Numbered from the stretch's first letter, positions 29,540 through 41,089 are shown. The stretch: DNA of 64,000 nt from a bacterium (GCA_963662285.2 CAXXMV010000008.1:960001-1024000), one strand, 5' to 3'. The notes: generated by a model from the letters alone, not told the origin. A program made the numbers and translations.

Positions 29540-31486
29540 ATGAACCAAGAAAATATTTCAGTTCAGATATGTAATCCTAGGTGCACTTTATCGAATTGCA
29601 TGGATATTTTATGCTTGACTCAGCTTTGGTCGGGAAAATACCTCTATCTGACAGGGCTTACGCTGATTCTGCTTTTGCTTGCCATTCCTCTGAACAGTTA
29701 TACTGAAGACGATGCTCCAATACAGCAATTCGGTGAAGGAAGCGCCGTCTTTGCCGCTTACTCATCGACCGGTAAGTATATTATCACCGCCAGCGAAGCG
29801 GGTCATGCAATCCTGTGGAATGCGGAAACAGCTGAGGTTTTGAAACGCTTTACCGGGCATACAGGCGCTATCAGCATGGCAATCCTGTCTCCAGATGAGA
29901 GTAAACTGCTCACGGGAAGTACAGACGGCGCAGCGAAATTGTGGGATATTGAAAGCGGTCAGGCAATTCAAACTTTCAGTGGACATGGTGGAACTGTGGA
30001 ATCGGTCGCCTTTTCGCCGGATATGATGCGGATATTGACCGGATGCGCTGATGATACGGCCCGGCTTTGGGATGCCGCGACAGGGGAATTGATCCGCACC
30101 TTCAGTGGAAGAAGTCCGGCGTTGTTTACGCTGGATGGAATGAAAGTACTGACATTAATCAATCTATGGAATGCAGAAACAGGCGAAATGATCCACACGT
30201 TTCCTGCTGACGGATACAGTATGGGAGCGTCGATATCTCCTGATGACACGCGAGTTCTATCTGGAGGAGGCGTCACTGAATCCGATTACGGCAAAGCCAG
30301 GATGTGGGATATCGAAACAGGCGCCCTGCTGAGATCGTTTTCAGATACTTCCACTTATCAGATTACTGCTGTCGCATTCTCAGGTGATAGTACAAACATA
30401 CTCACAGGAAATCTGGATGGGGACGTTAAACTTTGGGATGCCGAAACAGGTGCACTTATTCGTAAGTTTTCTGGTGATTCGGGAGAGATTCTCTCTGTTG
30501 ATATGTCACCGGATAATTCGACAATTATGGCTTGTACTAAAGATGGCGTAGTACAACTATGGAAAACAGATACTGGTGAAGCAAGCAGTACGCTACCAGG
30601 ACATTCGACGACCGCTTATACAGCCGCATATTCTCCCGATGGAATGAGCATACTTATTGCAGGATGGGGATATGACGCCATACTATTTGATGTTAAGACA
30701 AGCAGGGAAATCCGAAAGTATTCCGGCCACTCCAATCGCGTCATATCTGCGGCCTTCTCTAAAGATGGAACTAAAATACTGACCACAAGTTGGGATAATA
30801 CGGCAAAGATATGGGATGCCAATACAGGCGCCGAAATTCGTTCGTTTCCCATGTCAGCGCTTGCTTTCAATAAATCAGCCTATTTCTCACCCGATGGAAT
30901 GCAAGTCTTAATTGCCAGTAGTTCTTCAGCGAATCTATTCAATGCATTGACAGGAGAAAAAATCCGCACATTTGATGGCGCCGCCCCGGTAGCATTCTCA
31001 CCGGATGGGAAATCATTGTTAATAGGACCGGGCGATGAAGCCGCATTGCTTGATATACAAACTGGCGATGTCATCCGAACTTTCAGCGGACATCCGGGAT
31101 ATTTCCTGAGTTGCCTGGCGTTCTCGGCGGACGGGCAATGGGCGCTAACCGGAGCTGATACTGCGAAAATCTGGGATGTGGAGACAGGTAAGGAACTTAG
31201 AACATTTAGCAGCGCAACGCATAGTGTAGGTCGTGCGGTTTTTTCGCCTGACAAACGTTTTTTGCTAACAGGAAGTTTAATTAATCAAAACGCGATATTG
31301 TGGAATGCGGTGATGGGTAATAAAATCCGGATGTTTGAGGCGCATAATGGAGCGGTGGAATCCGTTGCTTTTTCTCCGGACGGACTTCACATCCTGACAG
31401 GATGCACCGACGGCATAGCGCGGATATGGGATATTTCCGACATTGCTTCTACCTCGGAAATAAGTGATTTTACGTTGTATAAGTAA
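29540..31486 (+). CDS. Secreted WD40-repeat (double beta-propeller) protein with C-terminal IxxFxxY tag variant
   Basis: Hydrophobic signal (LTLILLLLAIPLNS); about 14 GH...V.SVAFSPDG...TG..D..A.LWD repeats; ends SEISDFTLYK. Confidence 0.9.
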   Translation: MNQENISVQICNPRCTLSNCMDILCLTQLWSGKYLYLTGLTLILLLLAIPLNSYTEDDAPIQQFGEGSAVFAAYSSTGKYIITASEAGHAILWNAETAEVLKRFTGHTGAISMAILSPDESKLLTGSTDGAAKLWDIESGQAIQTFSGHGGTVESVAFSPDMMRILTGCADDTARLWDAATGELIRTFSGRSPALFTLDGMKVLTLINLWNAETGEMIHTFPADGYSMGASISPDDTRVLSGGGVTESDYGKARMWDIETGALLRSFSDTSTYQITAVAFSGDSTNILTGNLDGDVKLWDAETGALIRKFSGDSGEILSVDMSPDNSTIMACTKDGVVQLWKTDTGEASSTLPGHSTTAYTAAYSPDGMSILIAGWGYDAILFDVKTSREIRKYSGHSNRVISAAFSKDGTKILTTSWDNTAKIWDANTGAEIRSFPMSALAFNKSAYFSPDGMQVLIASSSSANLFNALTGEKIRTFDGAAPVAFSPDGKSLLIGPGDEAALLDIQTGDVIRTFSGHPGYFLSCLAFSADGQWALTGADTAKIWDVETGKELRTFSSATHSVGRAVFSPDKRFLLTGSLINQNAILWNAVMGNKIRMFEAHNGAVESVAFSPDGLHILTGCTDGIARIWDISDIASTSEISDFTLYK

Positions 31487-31505
31487 GATTATGCAGTGGT
31501 GAAAT

Positions 31506-34500
31506 TTATGAAACCAAAGGTAATTTAATAATAAATTTCGTTCCAATACCGGGAGTAGATTCTACATCTATATAGCCATGGTGATTCTCGGTAATAATGA
31601 AATAAGAGATCGACAACCCTAATCCCGTGCCAATACCGGGTTTCTTTGTAGTAAAGAAAGGCTCGAAGGCGTGCTTCATCGTTGTTTCATTCATCCCCAT
31701 GCCATTATCTTCAATTTCTATTACTGCAAAATTTCCCTCTTTTTTTGTGCGGATAATAAAACAGTGCATTTCTATAGATTGATCTTTTTCTGCCATAGAT
31801 TGCGCTCCATTTTTTAATAAATTCAAAATTACTTGTTGAATTTTTGTAATTTCGCATTTAACGTATGGCATATTTTCTTCATATTCACGTATTATTTCTA
31901 TCTTCCGGAAATCATATTTCTTTTTAAGATCATAATCATTCGATGCAAGTTCAATAGTATCATCAAGTAATTCAGAAATATTAATTGGAACAAACAGGGA
32001 TTCATTTTTGCGGCTAAAACTGAGCATATTATCGATAATTTTGGCGGCGCGCTTGCCTGAATCAACTACAGCGTCAATCATTTCAGGGACTTTACGTTGA
32101 TTCATATACTCTTCAATAACCTGAATAGTGGTCCCGCATTCTTGCGCTATTTTTGAATTTTGGGGGATTTTATCAGATATACGATTACGAATAACCTGGA
32201 TATTTTGAAGAATCCCAGCCAAGGGGTTATTAATTTCATGCGCCATCCCGGCAGCTAAACCTCCAACAGATAGCATCTTCTCGGATTGAATCATCATCTC
32301 TTCAATGCGTACGCGTTCAGTTACATCATCAATGCGGATCACTGCTCCTTCAACGCCATTAGCAACCAAGGGATAGATCGTAATATCTGAATAGCGCGTT
32401 TCATCATTAATTTTTTTAGCAATTTTCCGCTCACTCTGCACCTGACATTCTTTTATCGCTTTTCTAATTCGATCCATTTCATTTGCGAATTGTGGATAAA
32501 CATCGTTCAATATTCGTCCGTGAGCTTGATCAGCTTTTAATCCGGTAGTTTGTTCCGCCTGCAGATTCCATTGCGTCACTTTTCCGTCAGAATCAACGCC
32601 AATTAATATGGAAGGCATAGAATTAATAATATTGCTCAACAGGTTTCGAAGACGATTCAAAGATTCTTCGGTCTGTTTACGATCAGTAATATCCTGAAGG
32701 ATTCCCAGAGATCCGATAATATTTCCCTTATCGTCACTCACTTGAACTGCTGCATTTGCTACCCACCGTTCTTCGCCAGTACGCGTTTTTAATCTGTAAT
32801 CAGCACGCCAACTGATTCCTTCTCCCTGCTGGGCAATATTTATGGCTTCTTCAGGTAATAGGCCTGTCAAATCTCCCATTAAAACTATTTCCTGAGCCAT
32901 GGATTCCCAAACTTGATATGTAAATTCATCAGCAGAATACCCCGTTAGCTTTTCAATACCCGGGCCGACAAATTCATAATGTTCGCATGAGTAATCTTGA
33001 TAATATGGAACGGCGCCAGCCACTTCAATAGCCGAACGATAAAGACGCTCACTCTCTTGCAAGGCGTCCTCCGCCTGTTTAAGTTTAATCATGTCCTGCT
33101 TAAGTTTCTCATTCGCAAATTGTATTTCCGCAGTACGTTCGTCAACGATACTTTCAAGGTTGCGGGCATATTGGGCGAGTTTTTTTCTGGAATATAACAA
33201 TGATAACGCCAATAAAATAATGACGGCAATAATGCTATATAGAACAGGCATAAACCAGAAGCGATCTTGAATAGGAATGGAATGAACCTGAAAATCGAAG
33301 CGTGCGGGACTACGGTCAGCATTCAAATTAGTATCAAGCGCGCGAACTTCCACGCTATGTAAACCAACATTTAGAACAGGTATTTGCACCATTTTTTTTG
33401 AATCATAAGAAGACCATTCACTATTATCTATGCGGTAAGAAAAAAGAAGACGTTCGGATGATGTATATTCCCACCTGTCTTTTCCCTCAAACACTATTAT
33501 GGAATTGGTATCTTTGTGTATGTTGTTGGTATTCAAATCAGACGGGAGAAATGTATCAGGCGCATCCATATCTGTATCAGGATAATAAAGAGATAAACCT
33601 TTCGCAGTGCCGCACCACAACCGTCCTTGGCTGTCTTCAAATATATCTCTTATGGTTGAAGAAGGTAAACCATCTTCAACAGTATAACAAACCCAAGAAT
33701 CATCAAATTTCCGGTATAGCCCATTATCCGCGCCAATCCATGCATCTCCATTTTTGGCCGTAATCATGGAACGTACAATCGCTGATGTTTTTTTTATTGA
33801 TCTCCATTTCGTCCCATCATAAGCTAATATTTCTTTTCTGCCTCCCACCCAAATACCGCCATTATCCATTTGGTGAATGGAAAAGGCGCCGTTTTCGGTG
33901 AATCCATCCTCTAATGTAAAATTCTTATATTTGTTATTTTTGTATAAACCAAGACCTCCAACGCCTCCTAACCAGATGTCGCCATTTTTGGCGACAAAAG
34001 GTCTCCGCAATGTAGCAATGCCCCAATCTTGATTATTTAAAATGGTATCAAATTTATTTCCATCATATTTCTCTATGCTATAAGTGGCGCGATCTCCTAG
34101 AGCCGCAATAATCAAGCCATCATTTTGTTGAGAAATATGCCAGATTTCTTTCCCCTCAGGGTGTTTAATAGATTTGAATATACCACTCACAGGATCAAAT
34201 ATCAGAAAATGGTTTAAAATCAGATTGTTATCATCGATATTCCAAATTTCTACAACAAAACGCCCATCAGGTAATATGGATATTGCATTTGAATTATAAT
34301 AGTCTACGGCAAATCCTTTTGGTAAAGGATACGTTTTCCATTTTCCATCCAAGAAAGAAGCCAAGTGTGTACCGCAAGCAAACCAGACAGTTCCATCCGA
34401 ACTTTCACAAATCGAATGCACTGGTGATTTTATATGTTTAATTTGTAGAGGAGTTCTCCACAGAGAAGGAGAATATCTGACTAATCCTTGATCGGTCGCC

Positions 34501-35459
34501 AACCAAAACACTCCATTGTTTTCAACGGCTGCGTCTACAACTCTCCCGGATAAATCAATTTTTTCTATTTTATCATTAATGAAATATAGATTATTACTAA
34601 GCAGAACCCAGATATCTCCATTGGGATTAAGCCAGCCCATTTGGATATATTCCTCAGAATATAATTTATTCCACGCGTGACCATCAAATTGAAGCAAACT
34701 TGTTTGATCTGTTTCAATATCTGATGCGACAACAAAAACTTCTGCATTTGAACCAACTATGAGATTCCTGAAATTGCGATAAACTTGGTTATCGCAAATA
34801 AAATCATCCCATTGAAACGCGGAATCTGAATTATTAGAAGGAATCATCTTTGCGATTCCATTTTCTCCAACAATCCAAAAACCCGATGCTCTATCTGGTT
34901 GCAAATCAACAAAATGTTTTAATTTGGTTTCAAACGCTTTTTTCAAAACTCGGGTATTCATGGTTTCTATATTAAATTCGACGATTTGATCTGACAGTAA
35001 AAGCAATATGCGATTCTCATCGATTGGATAAAAAGAAAGAATTCCATCAATACCAGGCGGGATAGGATAACGTTGCCACTCATCATTGATGTATTTATAT
35101 GCAATATTAAATCTTAATCCCCAAATATTACCGGCAGGATTTTCATAAACAACAGGATATTCATCTTCACTGGGATATTCATTTTGATTGCTGGAATCAC
35201 CGGGAAGAGGTATTTTATAAAATTCATTACCATCATAATTTGTTATATTTGGAACATCCCCATGCCTGATCCACACTTTTCCATTAGGGCTGATACTTAC
35301 GCTTCTTGAGTAATTTTCTTCTAAACCATCTTGTACTGTCCAAGTACGAAAATCACGAAAACTTACACTCCAAACATTATTCAAGACAAAAAATGATAAA
35401 AAAATCAAGGATATAACATATTTTTCACATATTAATTCTCGAAATAAATATTTTCTCAT
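31506..35459 (-). CDS. Sensor histidine kinase: periplasmic beta-propeller (Reg_prop) + Y_Y_Y + TM + 2 PAS + HisKA/HATPase
   Basis: WT/FT/YTVEDGL propeller repeats, FSYRIDNSEWS, TM helix, AHEINNPL H-box, EDNGMGM, GTGLGL. Confidence 0.92.
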   Translation of the reverse strand: MRKYLFRELICEKYVISLIFLSFFVLNNVWSVSFRDFRTWTVQDGLEENYSRSVSISPNGKVWIRHGDVPNITNYDGNEFYKIPLPGDSSNQNEYPSEDEYPVVYENPAGNIWGLRFNIAYKYINDEWQRYPIPPGIDGILSFYPIDENRILLLLSDQIVEFNIETMNTRVLKKAFETKLKHFVDLQPDRASGFWIVGENGIAKMIPSNNSDSAFQWDDFICDNQVYRNFRNLIVGSNAEVFVVASDIETDQTSLLQFDGHAWNKLYSEEYIQMGWLNPNGDIWVLLSNNLYFINDKIEKIDLSGRVVDAAVENNGVFWLATDQGLVRYSPSLWRTPLQIKHIKSPVHSICESSDGTVWFACGTHLASFLDGKWKTYPLPKGFAVDYYNSNAISILPDGRFVVEIWNIDDNNLILNHFLIFDPVSGIFKSIKHPEGKEIWHISQQNDGLIIAALGDRATYSIEKYDGNKFDTILNNQDWGIATLRRPFVAKNGDIWLGGVGGLGLYKNNKYKNFTLEDGFTENGAFSIHQMDNGGIWVGGRKEILAYDGTKWRSIKKTSAIVRSMITAKNGDAWIGADNGLYRKFDDSWVCYTVEDGLPSSTIRDIFEDSQGRLWCGTAKGLSLYYPDTDMDAPDTFLPSDLNTNNIHKDTNSIIVFEGKDRWEYTSSERLLFSYRIDNSEWSSYDSKKMVQIPVLNVGLHSVEVRALDTNLNADRSPARFDFQVHSIPIQDRFWFMPVLYSIIAVIILLALSLLYSRKKLAQYARNLESIVDERTAEIQFANEKLKQDMIKLKQAEDALQESERLYRSAIEVAGAVPYYQDYSCEHYEFVGPGIEKLTGYSADEFTYQVWESMAQEIVLMGDLTGLLPEEAINIAQQGEGISWRADYRLKTRTGEERWVANAAVQVSDDKGNIIGSLGILQDITDRKQTEESLNRLRNLLSNIINSMPSILIGVDSDGKVTQWNLQAEQTTGLKADQAHGRILNDVYPQFANEMDRIRKAIKECQVQSERKIAKKINDETRYSDITIYPLVANGVEGAVIRIDDVTERVRIEEMMIQSEKMLSVGGLAAGMAHEINNPLAGILQNIQVIRNRISDKIPQNSKIAQECGTTIQVIEEYMNQRKVPEMIDAVVDSGKRAAKIIDNMLSFSRKNESLFVPINISELLDDTIELASNDYDLKKKYDFRKIEIIREYEENMPYVKCEITKIQQVILNLLKNGAQSMAEKDQSIEMHCFIIRTKKEGNFAVIEIEDNGMGMNETTMKHAFEPFFTTKKPGIGTGLGLSISYFIITENHHGYIDVESTPGIGTKFIIKLPLVS

Positions 35460-35640
35460 AATTCTACCCTTGAGTTACAGTGCATTTTAAAACACATAAA
35501 CCTTAAATATGCATATTAATAATAGTATATCGGTATTTGCATCAACAATATTATAAATACAGAAGCAATTTACGTGCCATCGATAAACTATTATATCAAT
35601 GGTACGTAAATATTTTTTAAAAATTATTTCTGATGCGCAC

Positions 35641-36948
35641 TCATTTTTTCAAATGAATAACGGTTTCCAGGTGGTAGGTTTGAGGGAACATATCGAAAGG
35701 AACTATGCTTTGAATCTGGTATCCACTATCAACCAGTGATTTTACATCACGGGCCAGAGCTGCCGGATGGCAGGAAACGATCACCATTTCAGGAGCGGAT
35801 TTCTTGATAATTTCTTCTCTCACTTCATTGGAAAGCCCCGCTCTAGGAGGATTAAGAACCACGCAATCAAAACTTTTCTCACTATTATATTGCAGGAATT
35901 TCTCGATGGAGTCATTTACAATCTTGATACGCTCAGATAAATCTTCCAATTCCACCAGGCGCTTAGCTTCTTTAGCGGACGCTTTATTCAACTCAACGCC
36001 AGTAGCATGTTTAAAACAAGAGCTCAGGCTCATGGTTAGAAACCCGACTCCACAATAACCATCAAGCACCGTCTCCATCGACTGGTATGGAAGATCAATC
36101 ACATGTTGATAGAGTTTCTGGCGCACCACGTCATTGACCTGGAAAAATGAATCAGCCGCAATATCAATCTCTTCAGGCGCAACGCTATCACGCTGAGCGG
36201 CATTTTGCCTGATTTCTTTTTTACTCTCGCCCCGCAATATAATCTCATCAAACAATTCATCATTCATTGAAGCCAGTTTTAGAATATTATTAGCGCTTTC
36301 CGGTGAGAATAACACATCGAAAAATCTTACGGATAATCTATCATTCACCACCTGAAACTGGACTCTCGAGGCCTGGGGACGCTTGCGGTTGGCTGTTTTA
36401 ATACTGGGCCGGACGTCATTAAGCGCTTGTTGAATAAGCGGCATAGCCTGCCGGATAACCGGATGAGCAATAGAGCAATCCTCTACCATCACAGGTTTAT
36501 TAGGCTGATATACATGATGAAAAGCAAAAACGATCTTGCCGCGCATAGTACGAAGCGGCAGTACAATCTTATTGCGGTACTGCCAAGGCGGAGAAGATTC
36601 AACATCATCCGGTTCAACCTCAAGATGAGCCACCCGGCGGAAGGTTTCCTTGAGCCACTCGCGCTTCAATGAGCGTTGATCTTCATAGGCAATATGCTGC
36701 AAATGGCATCCACCGCATTTAGCATAATATGGACAGGTAGGCGTGATGCGCTGAGGCGCGTCGTCGCTTCGTTCAATTAATTCGAGTGGAAGCCCGCGCT
36801 CAAAGTTCTTTTTCCGCTCGATAATTTCCACTTCCCAGGTTTCTCCGGGCAGCGTAAACGGAACAAAAACAGCTTTCCCATCGACGCGGGCGATGCCTTC
36901 TCCCCGCGTTGACAGGGTTGATACAGTAAGTTTGGTTTTATTATCCAT
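35641..36948 (-). CDS. rlmD: TrmA/RlmD-family RNA (uracil-5)-methyltransferase
   Basis: TRAM domain, CPYYAKCGGC Fe-S motif, FFQVN, YCGVG, NPPRAG, VSC, DMFPQTYHLE; the exact target uridine cannot be determined. Confidence 0.85.
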   Translation of the reverse strand: MDNKTKLTVSTLSTRGEGIARVDGKAVFVPFTLPGETWEVEIIERKKNFERGLPLELIERSDDAPQRITPTCPYYAKCGGCHLQHIAYEDQRSLKREWLKETFRRVAHLEVEPDDVESSPPWQYRNKIVLPLRTMRGKIVFAFHHVYQPNKPVMVEDCSIAHPVIRQAMPLIQQALNDVRPSIKTANRKRPQASRVQFQVVNDRLSVRFFDVLFSPESANNILKLASMNDELFDEIILRGESKKEIRQNAAQRDSVAPEEIDIAADSFFQVNDVVRQKLYQHVIDLPYQSMETVLDGYCGVGFLTMSLSSCFKHATGVELNKASAKEAKRLVELEDLSERIKIVNDSIEKFLQYNSEKSFDCVVLNPPRAGLSNEVREEIIKKSAPEMVIVSCHPAALARDVKSLVDSGYQIQSIVPFDMFPQTYHLETVIHLKK

Positions 36949-36979
36949 TAATTATAGACCTTAGGCGGTCATCTCTTTA

Positions 36980-39634
36980 CTATAGATCTGCTACGACCAT
37001 CTCTTTAAATTTTTCCAGCGCTTCAGGCAGTTTATCAGGATTCCTGCCGCCTGCCTGGGCGCGGTCTTTTCTTCCGCCGCCGCCGCCTCCGGTAATCTTG
37101 GCCATCTCTTTGACCAGTTTCCCGGCGTTAAGCGTTCCGGTTAAATCCTCGCTCACTCCGCAAATGAAAGTCACTTTATCCTGACCTTTGGCAGCCAGGA
37201 CAGCGACAATCTTGCTGGCGCCGTTCATCAGTGAATCCATAGCGGATTGCAGGTCTTCCGTACTGCCAGATTCGACTTCACGCGCAATGATGGTAACACC
37301 GTTCACTTGCTCAGCGCCTTCGGTGAGATTGGTAGTTTCGCCTTGCAGCAGTTTTTGGCGCAGTTCACGGTTTTCTTTTTCGAGTTGCTTGATCTGAGCA
37401 TTCATTCGCGTCAACCGCTCTGGAAGATCATCTGCTGAGGTTTTTAGTTCCAATGCCAGTTGGCGCAATAAATCATGTTCCTTAATAGTATACTCGACAG
37501 CCTTCTTTCCGGTAATTGCTTCGATGCGGCGGTTTCCGGCGGAAATTGAACTTTCACTCAAAATACGGAAGCATCCAATCTCGCCAGTCGTTTTAACATG
37601 GGTTCCACCGCACAGTTCTAAACTGACCGATGACTCTGAATTACCTTGATTTACCACTTCGACCATACGCACTTCATTGCCGTATTTTTCGCCGAATAGC
37701 GCTGTCGCGCCTCGTTTTTTGGCTTCATCCAGAGATACGGTTGCAGTTGCCACCGGGTGATTTTCATATACCCACTGGTTGACAGATGCTTCGATAGCGC
37801 TTAATTCTTCCGGCTTAACTGATTCGTAATGAGTAAAGTCGAAGCGCAGAGACCCGGTTTCAACCAATGAACCTGATTGCTTGACATGATTTCCTAAAGT
37901 AGAACGCAAGGCCGCTTGCAGCAGATGAGTCGCAGTATGATTCTTCTCGACTGGTTTACGTGATGCGTCATCAACTTTAAGTCTAACCTTGTCGCCTTGT
38001 CTGGCGGTTCCCCGTTCAATGGTTCCAAAATGGACGAAGACGTTGGAGGCGGTTTTACGGGTGACTTCAATTTGGATTAAAAGATCATCTTCCGCGAGGC
38101 CTTCAATGACGCCCTTGTCTCCAACCTGACCGCCGGATTCGGCGTAAAATGGAGTGGTTTCGACAACCACTTCAATAGCCTGTCCCGCAATGGCGGATTC
38201 GATCCGTTCGCCTTTGCAGAAGATGGCCTGAATTTCGCTCTCTTCCTCTACCGAGTCATAACCAGTGAATTTCGACGCGGGCACGCCGACATCAACCTCA
38301 ACCTTGGTCTCGCCCGATCCCTTCCAGGCGGCCTGGGCGCGTTTGCGCTGCTCTTCCATGCACGTTTGAAAAGCTGCGTCATCGTAACCTGCAAAATCAC
38401 GTTCCAGGAGTATTTCCTTGGTCAGGTCAGCCGGAAAGCCATAGGTGTCATAAAGCGCGAAGGCTTTATCGCCAGCCAATAGTTGCTCTTTGGAAGACTG
38501 CATCTCCTCGATCATCTCTTCCAATTTGCCCAATCCACGGTTGATGGTGCTGCGGAAGGCGTCTTCCTCAGCAGTTGCAATGCGCTTGGTGAATTTGAGG
38601 CTTTCAACCAGATCGGGATATTCCTTGCAATTGACTTCAGCCACCATTTCCATGGCCGGGGCCATCAGGTTGCTATCGATGCCCAATATCAAACCATGGC
38701 GGATGGCGCGGCGCATGATGCGGCGCAGCACATAGCCCCGTCCGGTATTGGCGGGAGTTACTTGATCGGTCAACACGAATAAAGTAGCGCGCAGATGATC
38801 CGCCAAAACACGAAAGGAGACGTCACGCGCTGCATCGTCTCGGAATTTGAAACCGGAAATGTTTTCGAAATATTGAATAATTGGATAGAGGGTATCGGTT
38901 TCGTAGTTGGAATGAACGCCCTGTTTAATGGCCGCCAGACGTTCCAGCCCAAGCCCGGTATCAATGTTCTTACGATCCAGTGGAGGCAGCGAACCATCGG
39001 CCTGCCGGTCGTATTGGGTAAATACCAGGTTCCAGTATTCCAGAAAGCGGTTGTCTTCGCTCTCATCAACCGGAGTGGCGTTTTCTTTGCCCGTGCCGTA
39101 TTGTTCGCCTAGATCATAATATAATTCAGAGCAGGGGCCGGATGGCCCAAGGATGCCTGAACTGGGCCAAAAGTTATCCTTGGCGCCCATGCGGACAATG
39201 CGGCTGGCATCGATATCGGTCTCTTTCAGCCAGATATCAGCCGACTCTTCATCTTCTTCAAATATGCTTACCCAGATTTTTTCTTTATCCAGTTGCATAT
39301 CTTCAAGCGAGAATTCCCAAGCCCAGCGGATGGCGTCTTGCTTGAAATAATCGCCGAATGAGAAGTTGCCCAACATCTCAAAGAAAGTATGGTGGCGTTC
39401 GGTATGGCCGACGTTTTCGATATCACTGGTGCGGAAGCATTTTTGGCAGGTAGTAGCCCTTTTCAGGGAATCGCCCATTTCGCCTCTAAAATAGGGCTTA
39501 AACTGAACCATGCCCGCACTGGAAAACAGCAGGGTAGGATCATTTTTAGGCGCCAGCGAATCGCTAGGCCATGCTTCGTGTCCTCTTTTAACAAAAAATT
39601 CCCGGTAACTATCTCGTATTTCCTGGGTTTTCAT
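36980..39634 (-). CDS. alaS: Alanine--tRNA ligase
   Basis: DPTLLFSSAGMVQFK, HHTFFEMLGNFSFGDYFK, DTGLGLERL, NHTATHLL, ELCGGTH, GGGGGR; start taken at MKTQ. Confidence 0.98.
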   Translation of the reverse strand: MKTQEIRDSYREFFVKRGHEAWPSDSLAPKNDPTLLFSSAGMVQFKPYFRGEMGDSLKRATTCQKCFRTSDIENVGHTERHHTFFEMLGNFSFGDYFKQDAIRWAWEFSLEDMQLDKEKIWVSIFEEDEESADIWLKETDIDASRIVRMGAKDNFWPSSGILGPSGPCSELYYDLGEQYGTGKENATPVDESEDNRFLEYWNLVFTQYDRQADGSLPPLDRKNIDTGLGLERLAAIKQGVHSNYETDTLYPIIQYFENISGFKFRDDAARDVSFRVLADHLRATLFVLTDQVTPANTGRGYVLRRIMRRAIRHGLILGIDSNLMAPAMEMVAEVNCKEYPDLVESLKFTKRIATAEEDAFRSTINRGLGKLEEMIEEMQSSKEQLLAGDKAFALYDTYGFPADLTKEILLERDFAGYDDAAFQTCMEEQRKRAQAAWKGSGETKVEVDVGVPASKFTGYDSVEEESEIQAIFCKGERIESAIAGQAIEVVVETTPFYAESGGQVGDKGVIEGLAEDDLLIQIEVTRKTASNVFVHFGTIERGTARQGDKVRLKVDDASRKPVEKNHTATHLLQAALRSTLGNHVKQSGSLVETGSLRFDFTHYESVKPEELSAIEASVNQWVYENHPVATATVSLDEAKKRGATALFGEKYGNEVRMVEVVNQGNSESSVSLELCGGTHVKTTGEIGCFRILSESSISAGNRRIEAITGKKAVEYTIKEHDLLRQLALELKTSADDLPERLTRMNAQIKQLEKENRELRQKLLQGETTNLTEGAEQVNGVTIIAREVESGSTEDLQSAMDSLMNGASKIVAVLAAKGQDKVTFICGVSEDLTGTLNAGKLVKEMAKITGGGGGGRKDRAQAGGRNPDKLPEALEKFKEMVVADL

Positions 39635-39939
39635 CCTATCACCTTCTCTATAATTCAAGTTATAAATTTGTTGATTTCAAATTGAATAGAAACAAAAAAG
39701 TATAAAAGCAACCCAGCAAAGCGGCAATGGCTTCAATCTCTGGATCGAACGTAGAACCTAAAAACAATTGACGCCAAATGAATATCTACAGTGGTTCTCA
39801 AGAACCTTACCGTGTATTATTGAGTAATCTTAAAATTTAATAATTATGTAACTGTCAAATTGTTTTGTTTTTTTACGGGAAAATCATTAAAATACTTTAT
39901 ATAGATTTTATTTAACATTTCTTTGTAGGGAGATAGAAA

Positions 39940-41058
39940 ATGAAAAAAGTAATTTTCACCGTTTTATGCTGCACAATCGCAATGATCTCTTTCGCACAGG
40001 ATCAGGTCTTCATCACTGGATTTGAAGATACTGAAGAAATAACCGGAGAGTGGAGTTGGATAGGGGGCGCATTCACATCATTCGTCGATTATCCAACCGA
40101 TCCAGCGCCGGTTGAAGGTGAGGCCGCACTGGTGGTAATCTATGACAACAATGGTTCTGAATGGCAGCACGCCAGAATGGATTTCGCTGTTCCCGCCGTC
40201 GATCTAACCGGGATGCGCGAGATTCGCATGTCGGTTTATTTCACTCCTGAATCTACCGGAGATATGAGTATTCGCTTCGACTTACCGAATGGGAACAGTC
40301 TCGGTTTCGCTTATGTCCCGAATACGGGAGAATGGCATGAATTGTCTTGGAAAATTGACCGGTTGACATCCGCTACCAGAGTGAGCAGCGTTGGCTATAT
40401 TCAAGGTTTTATCTGTCCCACTCCAGGCGATGCAGCTGGTGAAGTGTTTATTGACAATATGTACGCCATCCGGCCTGCCTCAATGCCCGAACTCGAAGAA
40501 ATCATGCTTTATGGATTCAATGAAGCCGATCCAGAAACCAGCGCTCCATCCGGCTGGATCAACGCGGAAGGCGCGTTACCGGAATTAACCAACGATTGGG
40601 TAGAACCTTTAGAAGGTTCGGATTCAATGGTGTTTTTCGCTGGGGGTGGATATCTACAAAATATAGTTACCACAAACGCTCTTGAAGTTTTCGACAGATG
40701 GGATGAAGTAAGCGAAATACTGTTTGATCTTAGGATCGCTGAGTCAGTCCCAGGAGATTGGCTTCAAAGCCGTTTGCGTTTTCGATCCGGCATTACAGGC
40801 AACGATGATGCCTTAGTCGAAGAAACCACCAAGGAAATGGGATACTCCGACGCAACCGAAGCATGGAAAACCATGTTATTTGAAGTGGATTTATCCAACC
40901 ATGTCGATAACATGAATGATCCCAACGGCTGGTTTGAAATCCGCATTGATACTAACAACGCTGCCTCCGCAGATGGATTTGCGATATTCATCGATAATTT
41001 CAGGGTTGCAGTTCCTGTCGGCGGTCCAGTCAACGTCTCTGAATGGAACCTGTATTAG
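39940..41058 (+). CDS. Secreted acidic protein with two galactose-binding-like/CBM domains and C-terminal VxxWxxY tag
   Basis: Signal peptide; two modules starting (T/Y)GF(E/N) and ending FIDN; ends PVNVSEWNLY. Confidence 0.75.
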   Translation: MKKVIFTVLCCTIAMISFAQDQVFITGFEDTEEITGEWSWIGGAFTSFVDYPTDPAPVEGEAALVVIYDNNGSEWQHARMDFAVPAVDLTGMREIRMSVYFTPESTGDMSIRFDLPNGNSLGFAYVPNTGEWHELSWKIDRLTSATRVSSVGYIQGFICPTPGDAAGEVFIDNMYAIRPASMPELEEIMLYGFNEADPETSAPSGWINAEGALPELTNDWVEPLEGSDSMVFFAGGGYLQNIVTTNALEVFDRWDEVSEILFDLRIAESVPGDWLQSRLRFRSGITGNDDALVEETTKEMGYSDATEAWKTMLFEVDLSNHVDNMNDPNGWFEIRIDTNNAASADGFAIFIDNFRVAVPVGGPVNVSEWNLY

Positions 41059-41089
41059 AATAATTATCAATAATTATATTGAAACCTTT

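Noticed and set aside
39635-39939. T-box or riboswitch upstream of alaS
   Set aside because: No T-box consensus or terminator/antiterminator structure is visible; the region is a plain AT-rich divergent promoter.
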